From: Eledone cirrhosa | Lineage: Eukaryota | Assembly (NCBI GenBank): GCA_964016885.1 | Contig: OZ024757.1 | Coordinates: 24,552,001-24,616,000, forward strand | DNA length: 64,000 nt | Direction: 5' to 3' | Shown: positions 37,332-49,854 of the stretch, piece after piece | Position numbering within the stretch: position 1 is the stretch's first letter | Layout: every line of letters starts with the position of its first letter | Program-made: the position numbers and the translations under genes | Notes under the pieces: generated by a model | Seen by the model: the letters and a program-made list of their open reading frames with translations, nothing else | Told to the model about the DNA's origin: nothing | The model's database searches: none

Positions 37332-38489
37332 TTATTTATCAAAATCATCGAACACAATCCGTATATAAAATGTCAACATCTTTTATTAACAGACTTGTAA
37401 ATATTTCAATGGCTACGAGAAGGCTTAAACTTTATAAGATTCTTCCAATTTCCTATTTTTACAATATAAATCTAACTGCACACATGTATGTGTCTAAATA
37501 AGAGAATCTGTTCCTACGTTGGGGTACACATTTATAATATCCTTACTTTTCATAATGTAAGAACTTCTCAGCTGAATAAGAGAAAAGTTTCAAGTCAGTT
37601 TAAATGCTGGAATAGCCGCTCCGACAGTGAGTAAGACGGAAAGTCTCCATTGCTCCAAGCTCAACCACAAACCTATCAGAGAGCAGGTGAACATACCAGA
37701 AGGAATCACAACATATGCATAACAGTTGGTGGAGACTGAAAGAATCCGCTCACAGATCAGCAGGCCGAGGTCATGTTGCACTCTAAATCATGACCCGTTC
37801 GTTTGTTTTGGGGAAGAGGGACATGTCCGAGATGGTTCCACATCGCAGTGAAAAGTTAACCTATGATTATGATGATGATATCTAAAAAAAAAAATAGGAA
37901 ATACATAAAGCGGAGATTTATGAAATTGTAGAGAAAGATTCCAGTTAACGAAATATCTGAATGATAATTTTGAAGGTTTAATTACGTAAAAAAAAAAAAA
38001 AAAAAAGAGGAAAAACATAATTTTCATAAATTTCTAATGCACCGAAGCCTGGCAAATGATTTCATGAAGGTAACTGAGCTACAAGTGAGCTGTTAGTTCA
38101 GTTGCAATATACAATATACAAGTGGAACCCGTTTCTTCTACAACAACTACAGCCCCGGCGGACAGAATGGAGAAGGCGGTTCCCCGGATGTCGGCGAGGG
38201 AAACAGTATAGGGGAAAAAGTATTTCATCAAACGCCTCTGATATTTTTTTTTATTATTTTCAAAATTAATCTTGAGAATACAACTACTGTTGAAATAGTT
38301 GATTAGGAAGAGAACTAACAATAAAACATATCTAAATATTTCAACATATAAAACTGATTAATACAATCAGTATATCGATCTGTACGATTATGACAAACGT
38401 ACCGAGAGAGAAACTCCTCAAAAACGAATTGACAATAGAACACGAGGATACGAGAAATATAGTTTTAAAGACACGTCAGCGTAACAATA

Positions 38490-38945
38490 TAATAATTGTT
38501 TCTGCTTTTGGCACAAGGCCAGCAATTACCGAGTACATTACTGGTACTTTATTTTATCGACCCGGTAATGATGAAAGGCAAAGTTAACCTCGGCGGGATT
38601 TGAACTCAGACTGTAAAGGGACGTAACTATGCTGGAAAGCATGGCGTCCGACCCTCTACCGATACTGCCAATCCACCGCCCTAATAATTGTTTCTGCTTT
38701 TGGCACAAGGCCAGCAATAACCGAGTACATTACTGGTACTTTATTTTATCGACCCCGTAAGGATGAAAGGCAAAGTTAACCTCGGCGGGATTTGAACCCA
38801 GAATGGCAAGGGCCGTAACTCTACGCCTCAAAGCATGGCGACCAACCCTCTACCGATACTGCCAATCCACCGCCTTAATAATTATTTCTACTTTTGGCAC
38901 AAGGCCAGCAATTACTCACTGTATTACTGGTACTTTATTTTATCC
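38490..38945 (-). mobile_element. Head-to-tail array of Meta-like SINEs (two full copies and one partial)
   Basis: Units start near 38490, 38683 and 38877, separated only by short aat tails. Confidence 0.75.
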
Positions 38946-40687
38946 GCCCTAATAATGGAAGATATATTCTTTTAATGTTGCAATATTAAAGAAAATGTAA
39001 AGGAAGGGGTGAACAGCGGAGCCAACACCAGAGCAAAAGACAGCAACGTCGCGAGTACTGGGCAACCTCTCTAATGATTTTTGAGACAAGCCAGCACACT
39101 AGCAGCGTTGCCTCGGGTAATGGCGAGGCTGAGGTGCTGGAACAGCCAAGCACCCTCACGAGATTCGCCAGTTACCTCTATTAGGTGAGCCACCGTTGTT
39201 CACCCCTTCCATTACATTTTCTTTAATATTGTAACATTACAAGAATATATCTTTCATAATAATAATAGTTTCTACTTTCGGCACATGGCTAGCAATTATT
39301 CCAGTATATTACTGGTACTTTATTTTATCGACAATAATAATCAACTTTAAATTCTAGTTCATTAAATTGCTCCAAAATCAATTGAAATACGTCGGTTGGT
39401 GTATTACATGAGAAATACAATACAGCGTGGATTACGGCAGCTAAACAAAACTACCGTTTAAATAGTTGCTTTTGACTTTATGAAGGGAAAACTAAAAATA
39501 TGTTTCAATAAAAAATGTTCAACATAATATAAAGCTCTACTTTACCTTCATAAAAATGAAAAAAAAAATCGTTTTTTAACACTTTTTCCTGAGGTCGAAA
39601 AACACGAAACCTTAAGGCAGTCATTTTGTTTTTCTTCGATAGATTTACACTATGAATATGCAAAGTGTGTATGTGTGTATATATATATATAATGTATAAT
39701 AAACAATACAGTATAATTACCTCATTACCAGAGGTTTCCGGAATAAGACGAATACAAGAAACGTCCGCATTCGTTCGCCAGACAAGGGAATTTAAAAGTG
39801 AAATATTTGTCAAATCTCCTCAAGAAAGGCTAAAAGTTTAACGGGCAAAAAAATAATAAATAAAAGTAATGGTAATCTTTCGTTTTAGGTACGTAAATAA
39901 AAAAAAATCCAGAAAAACCAAAATTTATTTCAAAAGAAGCGAAATCTCACAAAGGATATTAACCCTAACCCATGTTATTTAAACTGACGGAAACCGAAAC
40001 TTAGTGAAATTTAAACATATCGACAAAGTTTTATTTTACGTACCGAAAACGAAAGATTGCCAAAGTAATAATACAAGAAATGTATAAAAAATAAAAATAA
40101 AGAAATATAGTAAGGGGATGTGTGTGTATATGCACATACATATGTACATGTGTGTGTATGTACAATTGCATGTGTATAGTGAAAAAATGTGTGCGTAAGT
40201 ACATACATGAGGGCAAACATATTAGTGTATGTGTGACCAAATACATATATATATATATATATATATATGTTGAAAATAGAAATTGTAAGAAAATGGAGTT
40301 AGCGTACATACAGACTATATATATATATATATTATAGAGTCAAGACAACGGCGGCTGAGCACTTGCCGTTACAATAGCTAGTTCCAGACTGATTGCCAAA
40401 GGCATTTGCGGTTAACTGACTGTATCGGAAGGACTGTTTGTCCAAATAAAGGGCATGCATTGTTTATATAATTGTAAAATCCCTTCAAAAAGTGTTCTTT
40501 TTTGTTTGTTGAGGGAGAGGTTGTGTGTATAGACATCTGGCTGAGTGAGTGTTTATATGCATGTGTACGTCTAAATGCGTGTCCAAGTGTATCTGCCTGG
40601 TCAGCTTGAGATAGAATAATCGTGGAGAGCGGGCAGAAAAATATCTATCGAGAAAATATATTACGGTGTGTGTATGTCTGCTCCCAC

Positions 40688-40908
40688 TAGGGCCGGATTT
40701 AGATTTGATGAGGCCCTAAGCTATTTGAGATAATGGGGCCCTAAAATGTTATAAAAACTGCAAAACGTTTAATATTAAAGCAGAAAACTGTTTAAAATTA
40801 TTGCATTATTTTAGTTCTTTTTTATCTTATATTTTGGAAATGTACACGCCGTTTTTTTTTTTCAATTTTTCGGGGCCCCAATAAAGTGGGGGCTCTAAGC
40901 TATAGCTG
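40688..40908 (+). mobile_element. Non-autonomous DNA transposon fragment, possibly hAT-like
   Basis: tagggccggatttag...gggccctaagcta subterminal motifs. Related pieces at about 2130-2195/2868-2917 and 28430-28545. Confidence 0.4.
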
Positions 40909-41791
40909 GCTCCCATGCATGGTTATCGCGACCTTCAGACAAACGGTCTATAGAATTGGCGTCAGTCGCCCTATCAAAGAATAGTGCAAGTTGACCGAAT
41001 GGAAGACATATTTGTCAACGAAGTGACAACTAACTTCTTAGTTATCTGGAAAAAAAACAGGAACAGCAGCCAATACAACAGCGCACACACGTATTTGATG
41101 AGACAACGATATATGTTAATTGACAAGGTTGACTAACTTGAGGAATTAGGATATTATTTAAATAAGGTAATCCTGGAAAAAAACGAAAGTTTGCACAGAA
41201 ATATTCTAAAAGAAAACGTTGTAGATAACAATTGCATCGATGAAATCAATAATAAAATAAATAAATGTGTTTAGTATAATGTTTCTACTTTTGGCACAAG
41301 GCCAGCAATTACTCCAGTGAATTACTGGTGCTTTATTTTATCGACCCTGTAAGGATAAAAGGCAAAGTTAACCTCGGCAGGATTTAAACGCAGAACGCAA
41401 AGGGTCATAACTCTATGCTGCAAAGCATGGTGTCTGACGCTCTACCGATACTGCCAAACTAATGAAAAGATTACGGGTATAAACGTTTAGCCATGCCAGA
41501 GTGGAAACATGGACGTTAAAAGGTGATGATAATGATATATGAATGTATACATTTATTTAAGTATACATATATTTATGTATATATGTATACGTATGTCATT
41601 GTCGCTGTTTAACATCCATTTTTGCACGCTAGCATGGGTTAGACAAGTTGTGAGGCAAGTGTAGTGAGATGACCCTGTCTTGCTCATGCAGAATTATTTC
41701 TGGCTTGCTATAGCTGGGTGCCCTTCCAAACTCTGACCACACTTACAGTATGGACTGGGTGCTTTTTGTCATGTCACTAACACAACCACTC

Positions 41792-43520
41792 TATGATGTA
41801 GTGTGCAGGAGAGAAGACTGTGCTGGTGTGGACATGTGATGTAGTGTGCAGGAGAGAAGACTGTGCTGGTGTGGACATGTGATGTAGTGTGCAGGAGAGA
41901 AGACTGTGCTGGTATGGACATATGATGTAGTGTGAAGGAGAGAAGACTGTGCTGGTATAGACATGTGATGTAGTGTGCAGGAGAGAAGACTGTGCTGGTA
42001 TGGATATGTGATGTAGTGCGAAGGAGAGAAGACTGTGCTGGTATAGACATGTGATGCAGTGTACAGGAGAGAAGACTGTGCTGGTATAGACATGTGATGT
42101 AGTGTGCAGGAGAGAAGACTGTGCTGGTATAGACATGTGATGTAGTGTGCAGGAGAGAAGACTGTGCTGGTATGGACATGTGATGTAGTGTGCAGGAGAG
42201 AAGACTGTGCTGGTATGGACATGTGATGTAGTGTGCAGGAGAGAAGACTGTGCTGGTATGGACATGTGATGTAGTGTGCAGGAGAGAAGACTGTGCTGGT
42301 ATAGACATGTGATGTAGTGTGCAGGAGAGAAGACTGTGCTGGTATGGACATGTGATGTAGTGTGCAGGAGAGAAGACTGTGCTGGTATGGACATGTGATG
42401 TAGTGTGCAGGAGAGAAGACTGTGCTGGTATGGACATGTGATGTAGTGTGCAGGAGAGAAGACTGTGCTGGTATGGACATGTGATGTAGTGTGCAGGAGA
42501 GAAGACTGTGCTGGTATGGACATGTGATGTAGTGTGAAGGAGAGAAGACTGTGCTGGTATAGACATGTGATGTAGTGTGCAGGAGAGAAGACTGTGCTGG
42601 TATGGACATGTGATGTAGTGTGCAGGAGAGAAGACTGTGCTGGTATGGACATGTGATGTAGTGTGCAGGAGAGAAGACTGTGCTGGTATGGACATGTGAT
42701 GTAGTGTGCAGGAGAGAAGACTGTGCTGGTATGGACATGTGATGTAGTGTGAAGGAGAGAAGACTGTGCTGGTATAGACATGTGATGTAGTGTGCAGGAG
42801 AGAAGACTGTGCTGGTATAGACATGTGATGTAGTGTACAGGAGAGAAGACTGTGCTGGTGTGGACATGTGATGTAGTGTGCAGGAGAGAAGACTGTGCTG
42901 GTGTGGACATGTGATGTAGTGTGCAGGAGAGAAGACTGTGCTGGTATGGACATGTGATGTAGTGTGCAGGCGAGAAGACTGTGCTGGTATGGACATGTGA
43001 TGTAGTGTGCAGGAGAGAAGACTGTGCTGGTATGGACATGTGATGTAGTGTGCAGGCGAGAAGACTGTGCTGGTGTGGACATATGATGTAGTGTGAAGGA
43101 GAGAAGACTGTGCTGGTGTGGACATATGATGTAGTGTACAGGAGAGAAGACTGTGCTGGTGTGGACATGTGATGTAGTGTGCAGGAGAGAGAGAAGACTG
43201 TGCTGGTGTGGACATATGATGTAGTGTGCAGGCGAGAAGACTGTGCTGGTATAGACATATGATGTAGTGTGCAGGAGAGAAGACTGTGCTGGTATGGACA
43301 TGTGATGTAGTGTGCAGGAGAGAAGACTGTGCTGGTGTGGACATATGATGTAGTGTGAAGGAGAGAAGACTGTGCTGGTATAGACATATGATGTAGTGTA
43401 CAGGAGAGAAGACTGTGCTGGTGTGGACATGTGATGTAGTGTGCAGGCGAGAAGACTGTGCTGGTATGGACATATGATGTAGTGTGCAGGAGAGAAAACT
43501 ATGCTGGTGTGGACATATGA
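41792..43520 (+). repeat. 43-bp tandem array (about 40 units) derived from an RTE LINE C-terminal segment
   Basis: Unit atgtagtgtgcaggagagaagactgtgctggtatggacatgtg matches the LINE at about 59900-59945 (CSVRERRLRWYGHV). The array continues directly into a LINE 3' end and (GAT)n tail at 43520-43757. Confidence 0.93.
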
Positions 43521-43914
43521 TGTGCATGAACGATGATCGCTGGGTGAAGAAGTGCCAAGAAATCCCAGTGGAGGGAAGCCACAGTAGCGGAAGAAAAGGG
43601 CAGAGATGGTGAGAGCTGATCTCAGATCGTTGAAGCCCACGAAAGAGATGACACAGGATTGCAACGAATGGAGAGATGATGTGCTGAAAAAGATCCATCC
43701 AACATATGCAAGCATGGAAAAGCAGACAGATGATGATGATGATGATGATGATGATGAGAGAGGCATTATATATAGAGATTTTTTAAGATTTAATAAAATA
43801 GTTTTCAAATACAGGAAAATCAAATTAAAGAAACAATAACCAGCAGAGACAATAATTTAACAATGTTCAATGTTTATTTAAACTATTTACATGAAGAAAC
43901 CTTTATTTAACCAC

Positions 43915-44400
43915 TTTGCTGTTGGTATTGTACTGGTCACAATACCTTGGTGTTGTTGTACTAGCACAGTACCTTGGTGGTGTTGTTGGTATTGTTGTAC
44001 TAGTCATAATACCTTGGTGTTGTTTTTGGTATTGTTGTACTAGTCACAATACCTTGGTGGTGTTGTTGGTATTGTTGTACCGGTCACAATAACTTGGTGT
44101 TGTTGTTGTACTAATCACAATACCTTGGTGTTGTTGGTATTGTACTGGCCACAGTACCTTGGTGTTGTTGGTATTGTACTGGCCACAGTACCTTGGTGTT
44201 GTTGGTATTGTTCTGGCCACAGTACCTTGGTGTTGTTGGCATTGTACTGGTTATAATATGTTGTTGTTGTCGGTGGTGGTAGTAGTAGTATTTTACTGGT
44301 TATAATATGTTGTTGTTGTCGGTGGTGGTAGTAGTAGTATTTTACTGGTTATAATATGTTGTTGAACTAGTTCTTATATCTTATAATGTTGTTGTTAATG
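43915..44400. repeat. About 34-bp degenerate minisatellite (ttgtactggccacagtaccttggtgttgttggta)
   Basis: Directly visible. Confidence 0.8.
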
Positions 44401-45025
44401 TTGTACTGGTTCTAATATCCTGCTGTAGTAGTATAATCATCATCATCTCCATAACAGAAATACTTTTTTGTTGAACCACCTGGTTATTGTTGCTGTTGTT
44501 GTACTGATTCAAATAATTTGCCAATGTTATTATTGTAGTTTCATCACCACCACCCCCATCATCAATAACAAAAACAATAATTCAAATTAAGGTACAAGGC
44601 CAGCAATTGGTGGGGAGAAGTTTATTAACCCTTCAGCATTAAAACCAGCCATATCCGGCCAGAATTCTCTCACCTCTAGCTGTTCAAACCAATGTTAAGG
44701 TATTGTTGTCAAAATAACAGCAAAATCTCACAGCTTCCATATTATGTGAGGTAAAGCCTTTACTGTGAAAATACAATAGTAAATATAGAGTAATGTAAAT
44801 GCTAAAGGGTTAAATGGACTCCAGTATGTGACTGGTGTTTTATTTTATCAACCTTGAAGGGATGAAAGGCAAAGTTGACCTCCGAGGAAATTGAACTTAG
44901 AATGTAAAGGGCTGTAACTAAATGCCACAAATTATTTTGTCTGTTGCTCTACTGATTCTGCCAATCCGCCATCAACAATAACAACAACACAGACCAGCTT
45001 CTATTTTCAAGTCAGGGTTGTGGTT

Positions 45026-45103
45026 TTATTCGTCTTCATCATCGGCAGGAATTCCTAATTCTTCATCTGTCCACTTGGATGCTTCTGGGTAGGGAAAGTG
45101 ACC
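45026..45103 (-). CDS. NDUFB2: NADH dehydrogenase [ubiquinone] 1 beta subcomplex subunit 2 (AGGG), exon 3
   Basis: cccag|GHFPYPEASKWTDEELGIPADDEDE* matches the diagnostic GHFPYPDPSxWTDEELGIPxDD C-terminus. Confidence 0.95.
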   Translation of the reverse strand, partial: GHFPYPEASKWTDEELGIPADDEDE

Positions 45104-45339
45104 CTGGGGGAAGAGAGACAGATGGCATAAGATAGATGGTTCTGGGAAAGTGACCCTGGGGGAAGAGAGACAGAGATGGATTTTTACAGGGAGAGATGAA
45201 AGTGAAAGATGGGGGTGGGTACATGACAGTGAAATAGAAATAGGGAGGGAGTGTATGAGAGAAGTTTTCCTTGGTCTTCATCTACAGCAGCTTCCTTCCA
45301 CTGAGCTCCTAGCACTTCACCCAACAATCATCATCCATA

Positions 45340-45810
45340 TTCATCACAAGTCGATATCAGTGCAGTCATCTCTCCTGCACACTACATCTGATTCCCCTTA
45401 TACCCAGCTTTTCTTTCAGCTGATCCCTGCTTTGTTGTTCATGTACACCAACATCACATGTCCATACCAGTGCAGTCTTCTCTCCTGCACACTACATCTG
45501 ATTCCCATTATACCCAGCTTTTCTTTCAGCTGAACCCTGCTTTGTTCATGTACACCAACATCACATGTACATACCAGTGCAGTCTTCTCTCCTGCACACT
45601 ACATCTGATTCCCCTTATACCCAGCTTTTCTTTCAGCTGATCCCTGCTTTGTTGTTCATGTACACCAACATCACATGTCCATACCAGTGCAGTCTTCTCT
45701 CCTGCACACTACATCTGATTCCCCTTATACCCAGCTTTTCTTTCAGCTGATCCCTGCTTTGTTGTTCATGTACACCAACATCACATGTCCATACCAGTGC
45801 AGTCTTCTCT
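45340..45810 (-). repeat. 110-bp tandem array (about 4 units) derived from the RTE LINE C-terminal segment, in NDUFB2 intron 2
   Basis: Units recur at 45421, 45531, 45638 and 45748. Each contains the reverse complement of most of the 43-bp array unit. Confidence 0.88.
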
Positions 45811-46093
45811 AGTTTCTTCTCTCAAGAAACTAGACATCATAATAGAGATGACAAGATAAGAAACAAGAAAAAAGATGGTTGTCTGGTGAGGTCGTGTCTA
45901 ATCCATAGTAAAATAGCTGATGATGATGATGATGATGGTAATATTGACAGTGATGGTGGCGATGATGATGATAATGATGAAGCTGGTAGTGATGAGGACA
46001 ACAAATATGTTGATGATGATGAGGGTGGTAGTGATGAGAATGATATGTTGTTAATGATGGTTGTGATGAAGACTGAAAGAACTGACTACTTAC

Positions 46094-46217
46094 AACTATA
46101 TGGTCAAACTCGAAGTAGATATGGTACATCATCCAGTACCAAACTGTGAAACCCATCACATTACAGAGCACTGTAACTTTTGTACTGCTTGTTTTTGCTA
46201 CTTCCCGATACCGAAAT
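46094..46217 (-). CDS. NDUFB2: NDUFB2 exon 2
   Basis: ttaag|A FRYREVAKTSSTKVTVLCNVMGFTVWYWMMYHIYFEFDHIV|gtaagt, with the RYR motif and a transmembrane WxW segment. Confidence 0.92.
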
Positions 46218-46384
46218 CTTAAAAAAAAAAAAAAAAACAAATAAAACAAATTGAAAAATATATAATTATAATTACAAGTTAAAAAGTTTGCCCAACCCCA
46301 GGGGCTCATCAAGTCAGTGCTTATCCTAGTTTAATCGGTGTTAAGCAGCTTAGAGTACAGAACTTACCCAGGAAAGTACACTAG

Positions 46385-47330
46385 TCCACCATAGCTGAAT
46401 TTATGGCAGAATTAGATAAGAAATTCCAAACCTGAAAGCATGGCCTAGAATCAAAAGGTCTTAAAGTCAACTTGGCAAAGACTGAAGTCCTAGTACATAG
46501 AAAGTAAAACGGCCTAGATCCCCTCAGGGAAATGGCCTTGTTCAGTGTGTAGGAAAGGAGTAAGTAGAATTTCCATCCTATGTACCGAATGCAAACTTTG
46601 GGTGCACAAGAGAAGTAGTAGAATCTCAGGCAGGCTAGCAAAGAATGAAGGTCTTATATGTGGTTGATGCATAGGTGCAAGTAAGTAGCTAGAGCTCATA
46701 GGAAACTAGCTCCTTTAACTGCTGAGAAGGTTCTGTAGAAGTAATTGACAGTTTCTGTTATCTAGGTAACCAAATTAGCAGTGGAGGTGGGTGTTCTGAA
46801 AATACAGTAGTCTCAGTGAGAATGGGATGGAAAAAGTTCAGAGAGCTACTACTGCTGTCACCTACAAAAGGTTTTTCCCTCAAAATGAAAGGCAGACTGT
46901 GTGAAACTTGTGTACAAACAGCAATGCTGCATGGCAGTGAGACCTGCGCAATATGTGCAGAGGAGCTCCGATGATTAGAAACAAATAAAGCTTGCATGCT
47001 CCAATAGATGTGTAATAGTAATGTGCATGAATGTCAAAGCATCAATGAACTGAGTGAAAAACTAAGTATAAGTGGGGTCAGATGCAGTGTACAAGAGAGG
47101 AGATTGCAACAGTTTGGACATGTGATACATATGGATGATGACAGATGTATAAAAAAGGTGCAGGGCACTCAAAGTTGATGGAAATTATAGAAAAGGAAGA
47201 CACAGGAAAGCTTGGGATGAAGTGATAAAAACTGACCTTGCCCAATTAAATCTCACAAAAATGACACAGGATTGAAAACTCTGGCATTATGGCATACTGC
47301 AGAAGACCCACCTTCACATATGCACAACAT
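46385..47330 (+). mobile_element. RTE LINE 3' fragment (degenerate)
   Basis: Remnants GLKVNLAKT, SFCYLG, GWKKFRELL, MLHGSET and FGHV. Homologous to 59190-60130. Confidence 0.8.
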
Positions 47331-47916
47331 GAAATGAAACAAACATGTACAGGACACACTAGTGTGCATCAATCTTCTTTTCACCCTCCCCGTTCTTAAT
47401 ACTTTGCCTTCACCAGCTAAATATCCCACGCACCTCGTAGATGTTGAACTTGCTTGCTTGTCCCCCCACCCCTGAGGCACTTTGTCTGCCCAACCTAGAC
47501 ATAAAAAATATGACATGCTCTACATCTGATCTCACACAATGATGTTGCCAGAACAAAAACCACTAAGTCCATTCTGTATGCTGATCTGGTATCACAACAA
47601 AAAACACCCAGTCCATCTTGTTAGGCAGATGTATGGGTAACACGAAAAAAAAACTCAGTCCACTCTGTTAGGTGGTTGTGCTGGTGACATGACAAAAAAG
47701 CACCCAGTCAACCTTGTACCGTGGTCATTTGGGAGCCACAATAAAAAGCGCAACCTGTCCACACTGTACCATGTTAGAAAGGTCATCTAGCTGTAGTAAC
47801 CAAGCCAAAATACAGTCATATCAACATGACCTGCGTGCGTGTGTAAATATAATTACAGCTATATTAACTTAAATAGAAACACATTTATAAACTACTCACA
47901 CACATATAAATATACA

Positions 47917-48010
47917 CAGGGTGTCCCCACAAAATATATACACACTTGAACAGAATTCTAAATATTGCCTGTACAGGTAATCAAAGTATGTATACATTTT
48001 TCGGGGACAC

Positions 48011-48013
<3 letters not shown>
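47917..48013. mobile_element. Small Tc1/mariner-type MITE
   Basis: Inverted ends cagggtgtcccc..aaaatatatacacactt / aagtatgtatacattttt..ggggacacctg. A related copy lies at about 27587-27670. Confidence 0.55.
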
Positions 48014-48041
<28 letters not shown>

Positions 48042-48982
48042 GAGAGAGATCTTTTATTATCGGTGGATTGGCAGTATCAGTAGAGGGTCGGACGCCATGC
48101 TTTGCAGCATAGAGTTACGGCCCTCAGATCATAAGATCTGAGTTCAAATCCCGCCGAAGTTAACTTTGTCTTTCATCCTTACGGGGGTCGATAAAATAAA
48201 GTACCAGTAATGCACTGGTATAATTGCTGGCCTTGTGCCAAAAGTAGAAATAATTATTATACCCGTCTCTGAAACAGGTGGTGTGGAGTTCTAGTTGGAA
48301 AACATCAGAAAAAGTATAATTTTACCACGGTTTTGAAAGCCATATTCGGTCAAAACACATTAAAATATATCATAGACAAAACAAATTTCACCTTCAAAAT
48401 TCTAACCCACCCTATCGACTAACTAGCCATAAAATAAAATAAAAATTATCATTACACGAGTCTCGGAGAACGGTAATAATAAACATTTATTAAAATGTCC
48501 AAATCGGAGGGCGCCCCTACGGCTGCATCAGGAGTTAAATGGACAGATTGAACTGTTAAAGAACGATAGAAAATTACTTAGATGTAAAATGGGGGGCGGG
48601 GTGCAATGATATGAGGGGAAATAAAGCTGCTATTTCTAGCAATAGAGAATCTCCATCTCCGTCCCTCGTTTGTTGTTTATCTGTAGAGGTCATAGAAGGA
48701 GAATGGCAACAATACAGGTACATCTATAATGTTACCTCAGATACTAAACATTTATACATATATATATATATCATGGTTTCTGATTTAGGCACAAGGCCAA
48801 CAATTTTTGGGGAGGGAAGTCGTTTAAATCACCCCCGTGTGTTACTGGTACTTTATTTTATTGACCCTGTAAGGATAAAAGGCAAAGCTACCTTCGGCAT
48901 TATTTGAATTCAGAACGTAATAAAAATAATAATAATAACAATAGCTGAACAGAAATTTAACAACAGAAACATTTCAACTCAC

Positions 48983-49077
48983 GCTGCAGCACCTCCATGT
49001 CTGACAGGCTGCAGTAGTTTAGGTGAACGCAGACAAGTATTTCGAAGCGAACCAAGAAATCTCAAAGCAACAGACAT
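48983..49077 (-). CDS. NDUFB2: NDUFB2 exon 1 (mitochondrial presequence)
   Basis: aagATG start gives MSVALRFLGSLRNTCLRSPKLLQPVRHGGAA gc|gtgagt. Arg/Leu/Ser-rich transit peptide ending VRHGG. Total CDS 297 nt (98 aa). Confidence 0.9.
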
Positions 49078-49368
49078 CTTGTTCCTCTGTCACCCTCACC
49101 AACAGCATTCTGGGATAGCATTTCACAAACAGACACATTTTCGCAGATTTTTCTATTTTCTTTTACAGCAATTTTCTAAAAATAATTTTGTTTTATTTTT
49201 GACATTTAGTAAATTCTGAAAACCACTGTAAGGAGTTTATTAATAAAAAAGATAAAAAGAATGTTTCCTTATTTTCGTATTAAAAAAACCCCATGAAAGT
49301 TATAAAAACCGAAACAGAAACGAACGACGAAATTTACATAACTTGTTTTCGTATTGTATGACTGTCCT

Positions 49369-49415
<47 letters not shown>

Positions 49416-49581
49416 TGTTGGATAAATCTATATCCTGATTCTTTTTGAATTGAGTTTGAATTATTTTTCCCACATCTTACGTTAACTATTTTCCCATTTT
49501 GACGCTATAGTCACTTATATATTATGGAATACTGTTGGCTTCTTGCTACAATACTTTCTATACCTTTCATTTATGTGTATA

Positions 49582-49679
<98 letters not shown>

Positions 49680-49854
49680 ACTTCGGGAGAGTCAAACTGC
49701 TAATAAAAACACACGCACCTATTAGTTTTCACTTCAATTTATTACAAATTTCTAGTTGCTGGTTTAATAACCGGATAGTTGTTTATTTTATGACAATAAA
49801 TAACCACCTGGTTATGAAACCAAGCAACTAGAAATGTGGACATGTTTTGTGGTA

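Noticed and set aside
41792-43520. CRISPR-like regular repeat array
   Set aside because: Units are contiguous with no unique spacers, there are no cas genes and the context is eukaryotic.
41769-43823. Three long minus-strand ORFs (536-684 aa)
   Set aside because: Artefact of a 43-bp tandem unit with no stops on that strand, antisense to a LINE fragment.
45886-46149. Asp-rich 87-aa ORF
   Set aside because: Degenerate (GAT)n microsatellite antisense to NDUFB2 intron 2 and exon 2.
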